Positions 1-8,406 of a stretch of DNA of 64,000 bases are shown in pieces. The translations under genes were made by a program, and so were the position numbers. How positions within the stretch are numbered: position 1 is the first letter of the stretch; the number at the start of each line of letters is the position of its first letter. Source of the DNA: Candidatus Micrarchaeia archaeon (GTDB lineage: Archaea > Micrarchaeota > Micrarchaeia > Burarchaeales > Fermentimicrarchaeaceae); the NCBI GenBank assembly GCA_038871515.1, contig JAVZHX010000001.1, positions 384,001-448,000 on the forward strand, written 5' to 3'. Under the pieces are notes generated by a model. That model was not told where the DNA came from and did no database searches. It saw only the letters and a program-made list of their open reading frames with translations.

Positions 1-718
1 CTTCTGGAGCGTAGTGCCTGTACTTCATGCCTGGCGCCTTTGCAACTCGTGAAACTTTACCTTTCACTGCAGGGTGGAGAAGAACTTCACCAACAACCTC
101 TTTCAACTCCTCCAAAGTAACGCCACCAGGGCGGAGAAGAACTGGGGGGGAGGAGGTGACATCAAGCACTGTTGACTCCACCCCTATCCTTGTGCTTCCC
201 CCATCAATTATCAAATCAATCTTCCCCTTCAAATCATGCTGAACGTGCTTTGCAGAGGTTGGGCTTGGCTTTCCAAATAAGTTTGCAGAGGGAGCTGCAA
301 CTGGCGTTCCTGCTTCCCTTATTAAAGAAAGCGCAACTGCATTGTCTGGCATTCTCACCGCAACTGTTTCCAAACCACCTGTTGTTACTTTTGGCACTCT
401 TTCTGTTTTTTTAAAAACAAGCGTTAAGGGACCTGGCCAGAATCTGTCAATCAACTTCTCCGCTTCCTCAGGAATCTCCTCAGCAAGCGTTTTCAACTCC
501 TTTCTATCTGCAATGTGCACTATTATTGGGTCATCCGGCGGCCTTCCCTTCACCTCAAAAATTTTTTTCACTGCTTTTTTGTTTAACGCATCCGCTCCCA
601 AACCATAAACAGTTTCCGTTGGGAATGCAACAAGCCCCCCTCTTCTTATAACTTCCGCAGCCTGCTTTATTTTTGAAACTTCCGGCGAGTTTTTGTTTAT
701 TTTAATTATTCTACTCAT
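1..718 (-). CDS. sua5: L-threonylcarbamoyladenylate synthase Sua5/TsaC (3'-partial, runs off window)
   Basis: Absent from the ORF track. Manual translation gives MSRIIKINKNSPE...GGLVAFPTETVYGLGADA...PSANLFGKPSPT...APGMKYRHYAPE. Its ATG overlaps the RuBisCO stop. Confidence 0.93.
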   Translation of the reverse strand, partial: MSRIIKINKNSPEVSKIKQAAEVIRRGGLVAFPTETVYGLGADALNKKAVKKIFEVKGRPPDDPIIVHIADRKELKTLAEEIPEEAEKLIDRFWPGPLTLVFKKTERVPKVTTGGLETVAVRMPDNAVALSLIREAGTPVAAPSANLFGKPSPTSAKHVQHDLKGKIDLIIDGGSTRIGVESTVLDVTSSPPVLLRPGGVTLEELKEVVGEVLLHPAVKGKVSRVAKAPGMKYRHYAPE

Positions 719-1997
719 AACCCCACTTTTTCACTGCGGCAGATAGCTCCTTATTCTTCAGAGCAGCTTCCTCCAGAGGTATTTTATTCAACACTGCTTC
801 AACTGCCTGCCTGCACGCAGCTGCTCCTGCTTTTGTTCCCATTGGGTGAGCATGAATTCCTCCTCCAAACTGCATTATTACATCTTTACCAAAAATTTTC
901 ATCAACTCAGGAATCATTGTTGGTTGCAAACCACCGGAAGCAACTGGAAAAACTGGTTTTATTTCATCCCACCTCTGCTCCAGAATATTTGCTTCATAAT
1001 TTTCCTTAACGTTTTTTAGCACGCACTCATCCCTTATTGAGAGCACCTCGCTTCTCCCTCCATGCATCTTCCCAACAACTGTTCCAATATGAAGCTGATC
1101 CAACCCAACTAAACGAGTTAGCTTCGCAATGAGAAGCATGCTCACCCCGTGCTTTGGGTTTCTTGTTAAAGCGGAGTGCATACATCTATGCGCATGCAAA
1201 ACTAAATTCAACTCCTCATTCTCCTCCCTGAGAGTTTGGAGAGCAGTCCAACCAACAGGTATTATATCAATCATTATATACTCTCCCCCCAACTCCTTCA
1301 CAAACTTCGCTCTCCTTATCATTTCCTTGCAGGTTGGAGCAGTTATATTGCACGCATACACCTTTCTTTCTCCAGTCTCCCTCTCCGCCTTATCCCTTGC
1401 TTTCAATGTGAGTTTTGCTCTTCTCTCAAAAGAATTGAACTTCTGATTAGTCAAATTTTCATCATCCTTCACCAAATCACATCCACCAACCCATGCGTTA
1501 TACGCAACCTCCGCGTGCTTTTCAGAAGTTAAACCAACCTTTGGCTTCACAATTGTTCCAACCAGCGGTCTTCCCTCAACTTTCAGTAATTTTCTAACTC
1601 CTTTCAAACCAAATTTAGGTCCTTTGAATTGTTTTATAACTTCTTTGGGGAATGAAATATCTTCTAAACGAAGGCTCTCCAGCAATTTCATGCTGAAAAT
1701 GTTGCCTGCCAAACTGCTCAGCAACTGAGGAACTGAATTTGTTTCAAATAAATCTTTTTTATACGCAACTTTCACCAAACTTCTTTTTTTGTCAATGAGA
1801 AAAACATGCGGTTTCAATTTTTTTGCAAGTTGTGGGTTGAGGGTTAGTATTTCTGACCATGTGTCTATTGAGCTCTCTCCTGCCATGTGATTCACTGCTT
1901 CCTCAAAGCTCACTCCTTCTGCTGGTTCAACTCTGTAAAGAGATACTACTTCATTCACGCTTGGCTTGTAGTTTAAATCAACATAATCTCTAAGCAT
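711..1997 (-). CDS. rbcL: Ribulose-1,5-bisphosphate carboxylase large subunit, form III
   Basis: GTIVKPKVGL, DLVKDDE carbamylation motif, HAHR, HIGTVVGKM, VASGGL, QFGGGIHAHP. Likely start MLRDYVD at 1997 after an SD-like GAGGTG. Confidence 0.95.
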   Translation of the reverse strand: MLRDYVDLNYKPSVNEVVSLYRVEPAEGVSFEEAVNHMAGESSIDTWSEILTLNPQLAKKLKPHVFLIDKKRSLVKVAYKKDLFETNSVPQLLSSLAGNIFSMKLLESLRLEDISFPKEVIKQFKGPKFGLKGVRKLLKVEGRPLVGTIVKPKVGLTSEKHAEVAYNAWVGGCDLVKDDENLTNQKFNSFERRAKLTLKARDKAERETGERKVYACNITAPTCKEMIRRAKFVKELGGEYIMIDIIPVGWTALQTLREENEELNLVLHAHRCMHSALTRNPKHGVSMLLIAKLTRLVGLDQLHIGTVVGKMHGGRSEVLSIRDECVLKNVKENYEANILEQRWDEIKPVFPVASGGLQPTMIPELMKIFGKDVIMQFGGGIHAHPMGTKAGAAACRQAVEAVLNKIPLEEAALKNKELSAAVKKWGYE

Positions 1998-2135
1998 GGA
2001 AACACCTCTTTTACAAATTTGTTTTCTGTGTTTAAATAGCATTGTGAGGCGAAATCTATTTTTCTTATATTTTTTTAGAAAATCTAAATTGTTTTTTGAA
2101 AAAAGCTTATATAGAGAAAATAATAGAAGAGTATT

Positions 2136-2540
2136 ATGGTGATTGAAAGAAATATTGTTGAGGTAAGGGTTGGGAAGGCAGCTCCTCAAGAGCTTCCAGT
2201 TGTGCTTTCCATTTACCGAGCTCACAACGGCGATTGCAGAGACGTTGGCTGCCATAACACATACGTTGCGAGAAATGACTCTTTAGGTGTTGTTGGAGCG
2301 GTTACCATAAAAGAAGTTCAACCTGGTTGGGCGCAGTTGAGAACAATGGGTGTGGAACCAGAGTTAAGGGGAAGGGGAATTGGAACCCAGCTTGCGTTAA
2401 GTGTGATTGATGAATTGAGAAAACAGGGTTACCGCACTGTGACAGTTGATTTGGATTTGATGGAGCCAAGGCAGAAGGAGTTTTTTGGAAAGCTTGGTTT
2501 TCAGCAGCTGGACAGCCATTCCATGGTGCGTTACCTTTGA
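2136..2540 (+). CDS. GNAT family N-acetyltransferase
   Basis: Motif A VEPELRGRGIGTQL and C-terminal FFGKLGF. Confidence 0.85.
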   Translation: MVIERNIVEVRVGKAAPQELPVVLSIYRAHNGDCRDVGCHNTYVARNDSLGVVGAVTIKEVQPGWAQLRTMGVEPELRGRGIGTQLALSVIDELRKQGYRTVTVDLDLMEPRQKEFFGKLGFQQLDSHSMVRYL

Positions 2541-2754
2541 TTGAAATTTCAAGCCAAATTTCACTCCATTTTTCAAACCACCAAAAATCAATTTTTGTAA
2601 GTGAATTTATTCCATATTTATGGAATTTAGAGCGCATTAGTGAAGAAAGCCCGCTTGTGAGGCAAAAAACCATTAAAAAAATGAATTACGACGGAAAGGT
2701 TGATTATAAATTTGTATATAACATTTTTATATACGTTTTAATAAACAACTTTTG

Positions 2755-3030
2755 ATGGAAAAAAAGGTTTGGGTTGTTTTGGAAGATGAGAATCAATGGT
2801 TAATCAATTTTCTTTATGTTGTGCTTTCTTGTTTAATTGGGTTGGCAAGCACGTATTTATTTACAAAAAATCCATACACCGCATTAATTGGTGGAGCAGC
2901 ACCAGCCGTTGCTGTTTATTTTCTGGTTTGGGGGAGGGGAATGTTCATAAATAAAGCAGTTGGAATTGTGGTTGTTGCAACGGTTATTATTTCATTTATT
3001 ATGATTGTTGCATTGTTGTGGAGGAAGTGA
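2755..3030 (+). CDS. Small membrane protein
   Basis: About three hydrophobic segments. Confidence 0.65.
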   Translation: MEKKVWVVLEDENQWLINFLYVVLSCLIGLASTYLFTKNPYTALIGGAAPAVAVYFLVWGRGMFINKAVGIVVVATVIISFIMIVALLWRK

Positions 3031-3032
3031 GC

Positions 3033-3218
3033 ATGAAAGAAAAGGAAACTCAATTGTATAAATTTGGAAGGGGAGGAGCATGCTTCTACATACCGATGGA
3101 TATTTTCAAGGACAGCGCATTCCCTTTTCAAATAAATGAGAAGGTGAGGATGAGAATTGATGGTAGGAAAGTGATAATTGAGAAAATAAGGGAAGAGGAG
3201 AGGGAACAGGTTCAGTAG
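3033..3218 (+). CDS. AbrB/MazE-like swapped-hairpin DNA-binding protein
   Basis: FYIPMDIFKDSAFPF...EKVRMRIDGRKVIIEK; resembles 24328..24549. Confidence 0.7.
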   Translation: MKEKETQLYKFGRGGACFYIPMDIFKDSAFPFQINEKVRMRIDGRKVIIEKIREEEREQVQ

Positions 3219-3913
3219 GACTCGTACTTCAACCTTAGCTCCTTCGCAACTTCTTCAAAATACGCTTTCTCTTTTCTATCTTCCATTTTTGCTGCCTCTC
3301 TTTCAAGCAGTTCTGCAACTTTAATAAGTTTCTCCCCTCTGTACTGCTCAGCTATTTTATCTGCAGTATAATCGGGTAAGGTGTCTCGAGCTACCCATGG
3401 TTTCTCAACAATTTTTTCCTTTCCCTCTGGCGATTTTTCCACTTCCTTTATCACAATATTTGAGAATTGGTTGAACCTCAGTCTAGTGAATTTGATAGGG
3501 TCTGCAATTATCGTGTTGTCTGCCTTTGCGTGAAACTCGGCGCTCTCTTTCGGCAACAGCTCGAGCCTATCGGAAATAAGCTCCTTCCCTTCAAGTTGTT
3601 TTTTCCTTATTTTTTTAAGTTCATCTATAACTTCTTTGAAAAACTGGGCTTCCTCGCCAGAAAGGGTGGCGTGCTCTTTTTTCAGCGCGTCAATCGCATC
3701 CGCAAGTAGTTTATTGGTGAGCTTAAAGTCATTCGAAATTCTTTCGGCAACACCCAATGGTCTGGCATCCATGAGGCGAAACTCTTTTTTTGTTACTGGG
3801 TGAATTGGGGTTTCTAGGAATTTGTTGTGGGTGAAAGATACGACATTATTTACTCTTCCATCAAATTCGGCGTCAAAACGAAATCCAACTTGTTCTTTCA
3901 TTGCTTTTACCAT
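3212..3913 (-). CDS. Hypothetical protein
   Basis: 233-aa ORF abutting the upstream gene; no motif recognised. Confidence 0.7.
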   Translation of the reverse strand: MVKAMKEQVGFRFDAEFDGRVNNVVSFTHNKFLETPIHPVTKKEFRLMDARPLGVAERISNDFKLTNKLLADAIDALKKEHATLSGEEAQFFKEVIDELKKIRKKQLEGKELISDRLELLPKESAEFHAKADNTIIADPIKFTRLRFNQFSNIVIKEVEKSPEGKEKIVEKPWVARDTLPDYTADKIAEQYRGEKLIKVAELLEREAAKMEDRKEKAYFEEVAKELRLKYESY

Positions 3914-5719
3914 TCAATCACCTACTTTACAATTTTCAACTATTCCATCCAGCTTTGTAATATATTCTTGGTGATTCTTTATCTCCATTAACTCTTGAAG
4001 AAATTTTGTGGGGTCAACTTTCACCAACTCCCCCTTGTATTTCACGTGCATCTTATAAGCTCCCTCATACGGAACGTAGGTTGTGCTTCCCGAAATAACA
4101 ACCCCTCCCTCCACCACATCTCTTTTCACATTCTCCCATATTTTCTCCCTTCCTTTCTCATCAAAAAACTTCATAACGTCTTTTATGATAAGTAGATTCA
4201 AGTTTTCTCCAAGAGGTTTTTCTGTCGCATCATACAACCTGAAACCAAGTTCTTTATGATGCTTCAGCTCAATTTCGGTTGGGTTTGTGCGTATTATTTT
4301 TGGGTTTTCAAAGTTGTTTTTTATGTAACCGACAAACTCGCTTGTGAATTCGCCAGAGCCGGTTCCTATATCTGCAAAACTAAATTGCTTCTCGTAGAGA
4401 TGTTTCTCCTTTGTGACTTCAAGAAATGATTTAATAAAACCTGAAATTTCATCTGCACGTATATCGTTTGCAGGAGTTAAAACAGAGATTCTTCTTGCAA
4501 ATTCCTCTTTGTATTCATTCAGAAGAATATGCAACGCAGCAATTCTGCTCTGAACAGGAAAGAGATTTTCAACTTCCTTTAAATCAGTGTAAGTAACCTC
4601 CCCCTTCATAAGCTGGGGAAGCTCAACATCTGGGGGATTATAGGGAAGGGGTTCCTTTCCTTTATGGGTAAGTATGGAATTTAGAGTTTCTAGTGGGTCG
4701 AGTATTTGGGTATAATCAAACATATCTGAGTAATACCCTTTCTCCTTCCTCTTTGAGAATGCTTCCTTTATAAGAGAGTAAGTATTTTGGTTTTCTGAGA
4801 GAACAATTGCGAACGCAACCGCACCTGCGTGGTAACTCATTGCCTGCTTAATTTCCTTCTTAAACATCTCCATCAGAGGCTCCTCCTCCTTTCCTTCCAT
4901 CATGCTGAGAAACAGATCCTCCTTCACTCTTATTCTCTTCAAATAATCTGTGAATTCATCAATGTTCAGCGCAGCTGCTTTTTTCGCAATTGCATCAAGA
5001 GTCCATTCTGGTTTTCTTATGTACATTTTTTTAGTATCTGAAGGATGGTCTATGAAGAGTGGTGGTATTATATCAACCTCTGTGCGGAGCACCGGTATAA
5101 GCTTGGAGAACTCCTCATGTATTTTTGAGAATTGCTCACTGGTTGGTTTTTTATTTGCGATGAAAGTGAGCGCTTCAAAGAGGTGTTCTGGTTTTATTTC
5201 TCGCTCAGCGCACAGCTTGCCGAGTTGAACTGAGGGAGCAACCCATTCATCTGGAAGTGCTCTGAGGAGTTCTGAGCTGACATTCACAACTTTCTCCTCA
5301 GAAATTTTCAAAGATTGGTCAAAAACTCTCATATTCCAACTGTTAATTCTTTCAAGAAGGGGGAAGAATTCAAGAAATTTTTGCGATGAGACGTTTGCTG
5401 ACAGCCTTTCAGCGTGCTTGAGAAACCAGTAGTCAGTTGTTTCAAGCCTGTCAATTATTATATTAAGTATTTCATGTTTGCTTTCAGGGTGTTTGGAAAG
5501 GTTTGCTATTGTTGAAACAGCAGGAGTTGGGTCAATTTTCAGAGCAGCGAGCTTCTCGCACATCTGGGCAGTTCTCTCAAGCAGCTTCTCATCCATCCCC
5601 CTGCACGCCTCGCTGGTTTCCTTGCAGGTGAAGCTTTGAATTCTTGTGAGCAGCAGCTCCTGTTTGCTCTTTGTAACCTCAGAAAGGTTTTTTGGTTGTT
5701 TCTCCGCAAGGTCGTTCAT
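3914..5719 (-). CDS. Helical protein with C-terminal class I SAM-methyltransferase-like domain
   Basis: FADIGTGSGEFT motif I; VVEGGVVIS. Confidence 0.6.
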   Translation of the reverse strand: MNDLAEKQPKNLSEVTKSKQELLLTRIQSFTCKETSEACRGMDEKLLERTAQMCEKLAALKIDPTPAVSTIANLSKHPESKHEILNIIIDRLETTDYWFLKHAERLSANVSSQKFLEFFPLLERINSWNMRVFDQSLKISEEKVVNVSSELLRALPDEWVAPSVQLGKLCAEREIKPEHLFEALTFIANKKPTSEQFSKIHEEFSKLIPVLRTEVDIIPPLFIDHPSDTKKMYIRKPEWTLDAIAKKAAALNIDEFTDYLKRIRVKEDLFLSMMEGKEEEPLMEMFKKEIKQAMSYHAGAVAFAIVLSENQNTYSLIKEAFSKRKEKGYYSDMFDYTQILDPLETLNSILTHKGKEPLPYNPPDVELPQLMKGEVTYTDLKEVENLFPVQSRIAALHILLNEYKEEFARRISVLTPANDIRADEISGFIKSFLEVTKEKHLYEKQFSFADIGTGSGEFTSEFVGYIKNNFENPKIIRTNPTEIELKHHKELGFRLYDATEKPLGENLNLLIIKDVMKFFDEKGREKIWENVKRDVVEGGVVISGSTTYVPYEGAYKMHVKYKGELVKVDPTKFLQELMEIKNHQEYITKLDGIVENCKVGD

Positions 5720-5759
5720 AGTTAGTTTATGGGTTTTCGCGTATAAAATGATTTTTATA

Positions 5760-5788
5760 AAATAATTTTAGAATTTCTAAAATTATTT
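5760..5788. repeat. Perfect inverted repeat (14-bp arms, 1-nt spacer), possible operator
   Basis: AAATAATTTTAGAA-T-TTCTAAAATTATTT upstream of the 5719 start. Confidence 0.6.
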
Positions 5789-5855
5789 GTTAAAATTGGA
5801 AGGGAAGAAAAATTTTTCTAATAAAATTTAAGCATTTCTAAAAAATATTAAGAAA

Positions 5856-7040
5856 TTACTCGGTTTTCTTTGCTCTGCGCGGTTTCTCAAGTTGCTCCTC
5901 TCCAACTCTCCTCTTCTTTCTCAGATACTCTGCTGTTATAATGGAAATGGCTCCTGGTATGAAGAGGAGAAGGAATTCATACAGCCACTTTAATGTTGGC
6001 GAGTCGCTGTAGAGAAACTCATTAAATCCAAATAGGAAGAGAAGCACTGCTGGCAAAACAAGTACGATGCCTGCAATGTAGAGGGATGTTTTCAAGCCAC
6101 TTGCCTCCTCCCCGTCTTTTAATGATAAATCATCGCCAATTTTTGAGAAAGCAATTGCAAGCGCTGCAAAAACCAATGACTCAAAAAACCAGTTCAAATC
6201 CTTTGCTCCATACTCTCTGTAAATGTAATCAAACGAGCTGAATATGTAAACTCCCAGTGTGATTATCACGAAGAAAACTCCAAGGGTTGCTGAGGGGAAG
6301 GAGAAGATGGATTTTGGAAATCCTTCCTTCCTCCTTATATTCTCGCTTACTTTCAGTAAGTAGTAAGAAAGTATGCCGAAAATGAATGTTTCAATCACCC
6401 ACGCCAAGCTCTGCCTGTAATCAGTATAGTCTTTTAAGTGCATAAAGGTGTGGAAGCCTGAAGTGAAGAGAAGGAAGGTTGAAAGCAACATGAACGCTCC
6501 AATGGGGGAGAGCACAGGTGGAATAACAGAGCGCTCCTCCCCTGCTTCTTTCCTATAATATTCTGCTCCGTATAATAATATTGCTCCGATTATTCCGTAC
6601 ACAATTGCTTGTATGAACCAGCCGTACTGCTGTCCAAAGGTGGGTTTCTTAGTTGTTTCGTATGCAGTGAATGTGAGCAAATCATGCAAGCCAGCAACGA
6701 AGCTGTAGGCGCTCATAAAGAGGAAAACTACTGCGCCAAGCGCAAGCAGTGTTGGTATGTTTGCTTTAATTGTTTCTCTTAGTGTGACAAGAGACCAGGA
6801 AAAGATGAGTAAGGCGAGAATGAATGCAACGATGAAGCCTCCTCTTGCAAGTGGGTTGTAAACATGGTATCTGCCAGATACCCCATAGGCAGTTTGCGTT
6901 ATAGCAGCAGCCATCTCTCCTTCACCAGGTGCTTCGCGGGCGCCTGCTGGGGACAAAACGCCTAAGTAGAATAAGGGCATTCCAAAGAGAATGAGGAAAA
7001 CCAAAGCTGCCAGAATTAACCAGATAACCTTGTTGTCCAT
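5856..7040 (-). CDS. Multi-pass membrane protein with internally repeated TM hairpins
   Basis: About 10 hydrophobic helices; repeated pattern F..G.H/N.F...W..E. Confidence 0.8.
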   Translation of the reverse strand: MDNKVIWLILAALVFLILFGMPLFYLGVLSPAGAREAPGEGEMAAAITQTAYGVSGRYHVYNPLARGGFIVAFILALLIFSWSLVTLRETIKANIPTLLALGAVVFLFMSAYSFVAGLHDLLTFTAYETTKKPTFGQQYGWFIQAIVYGIIGAILLYGAEYYRKEAGEERSVIPPVLSPIGAFMLLSTFLLFTSGFHTFMHLKDYTDYRQSLAWVIETFIFGILSYYLLKVSENIRRKEGFPKSIFSFPSATLGVFFVIITLGVYIFSSFDYIYREYGAKDLNWFFESLVFAALAIAFSKIGDDLSLKDGEEASGLKTSLYIAGIVLVLPAVLLFLFGFNEFLYSDSPTLKWLYEFLLLFIPGAISIITAEYLRKKRRVGEEQLEKPRRAKKTE

Positions 7041-7096
7041 ACCACCACCGAATAGATATTGAGAACGAGGTTATTATTATTTACTATTTTATTCGG

Positions 7097-7279
7097 TTAT
7101 TTTCTTTTAAAAGAGATTGCATTCTCCGGGCAGTTCAAAACACATGCTTTGCAGTGAATGCAAGCGTCTGGGTGAATAACAACAGAAATGCCTTCATGAA
7201 TTTCAAAAACTTCTGTTGGACAGACTGCAACGCAGGTTCCGCATCCTATGCAACGCGATTTGTCAACTCTTGGCGCCAT
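7097..7279 (-). CDS. 2x[4Fe-4S] ferredoxin
   Basis: CIGCGTCVAVCP and CIHCKACVLNCP. Confidence 0.93.
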   Translation of the reverse strand: MAPRVDKSRCIGCGTCVAVCPTEVFEIHEGISVVIHPDACIHCKACVLNCPENAISFKRK

Positions 7280-7341
7280 GAAAAAATTTTGGTGGAAAAA
7301 TATTAATAGGTTGGTGTGAGAATAGTAACCGGGGTGAATTC

Positions 7342-7851
7342 TTGTTATATGTTTACACTGGAGAGGGTGGGGGGAAAACAACGGCTGCACTTGGTTTGGC
7401 GTTGAGGTCTGTAGGGCATGGGCACAAAGTTGTGATAGTTCAGTTTATGAAAGGAAGGAAAGATATTGGGGAGTGGAAGATTGCGAGGAGGTTGGCTCCG
7501 CAGTATGAGATACATCAGTTTGGAAGGGAGGGGTTTGTGGATTTGAAAAATCCGTCTGAGGAGGATAAGCAGCTCGCTAAAAGGGGGTTGGAGTTTGCTA
7601 GGGAGGTTGCCCTCAAAAAACCAAATCTTTTGATTTTGGATGAGCTGAACCTCGCAGTTGCAATTGGTTTGGTGAAAGTTGAGGAAGTGATGAGGTTAAT
7701 TGATGAAATTCCAAATGATGTTGTAGTTGTTATTACTGGAAGGTATGCGCCGAAGGAGCTGATTGATAAAGCGGATTTTGTGAATGAGGTGAAGGATGTG
7801 AAGCATCCTTTCAAAAAGGGAATTCCTGCGAAGGAGGGAATTCAGTATTAG
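7342..7851 (+). CDS. cobO: Cob(I)alamin adenosyltransferase (CobO/BtuR/CobA type)
   Basis: VYTGEGGGKTTAALGLALR, QFMKG, ILDEL, VITGR, KHPF. Confidence 0.93.
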   Translation: MLYVYTGEGGGKTTAALGLALRSVGHGHKVVIVQFMKGRKDIGEWKIARRLAPQYEIHQFGREGFVDLKNPSEEDKQLAKRGLEFAREVALKKPNLLILDELNLAVAIGLVKVEEVMRLIDEIPNDVVVVITGRYAPKELIDKADFVNEVKDVKHPFKKGIPAKEGIQY

Positions 7852-7859
7852 GTGTGTTG

Positions 7860-8324
7860 ATGAGATGTCCGTATTGTTCATCTGAAAAGACAAGGGTGAT
7901 TGATTCAAGGGATTTAGGGGAGCTTGAGATAACGAGAAGGAGGAGGGAGTGCAGGAAGTGCAAGAAGAGATTCACCACGTACGAGAGAGTTGAGACGATT
8001 GATTTGGTTGTTATAAAGAAGGATGGGAGAAGGGAGAAGTTTGACAGAGGTAAATTGCTTGCGGGAGTGCAGAAAGCATGCGAGAAAAGACCTATCAGTC
8101 AGGAGAGAATTGAGAAGCTTGTTGAGGAAATTGAGAGAGAGTTGAGGAATATGGATAGTTTAGAAGTTGAGAGCAAGGTGATTGGGGAGCTGGTGATGAA
8201 GAAGTTGAAAAAACTTGATAAGGTTGCGTATATACGTTTTGCTTCTGTTTACAGGGAGTTTGCGGATATTGAGTCATTTGAAAAGGAGCTGAGGGCGTTG
8301 AGAAAGAAGCTGAAAAGAAGGTGA
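7860..8324 (+). CDS. nrdR: Transcriptional repressor NrdR (Zn ribbon plus ATP cone)
   Basis: MRCPYC...VIDSR...RRRREC..C..RFTTYER; VIKKDGRREKFDR; DKVAYIRFASVYR. Confidence 0.96.
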   Translation: MRCPYCSSEKTRVIDSRDLGELEITRRRRECRKCKKRFTTYERVETIDLVVIKKDGRREKFDRGKLLAGVQKACEKRPISQERIEKLVEEIERELRNMDSLEVESKVIGELVMKKLKKLDKVAYIRFASVYREFADIESFEKELRALRKKLKRR

Positions 8325-8332
8325 GCGCAAGG

Positions 8333-8391
8333 TTTATATACAAATTTGATATATAGTATTTGGTTTCTTTTTAAACCACAATATATTGTGT
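8333..8391 (+). promoter_or_regulatory. nrdJ promoter: TATA box followed by tandem NrdR boxes
   Basis: TTTATATA at 8333-8340. CCACAATATATTGTGT at 8376-8391 matches 15/16 of ACACWATATATWGTGT. A weaker ATTTGATATATAGTAT at 8344-8359 matches 11/16 and lies 32 bp upstream. Confidence 0.8.
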
Positions 8392-8406
8392 TAAACTGGT
8401 GGTAGA

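Noticed and set aside
1998..2255. 86-aa N-terminal extension of RuBisCO in the ORF track
   Set aside because: It runs through AT-rich promoter DNA and the opposite-strand GNAT gene; a better ATG with SD is at 1997
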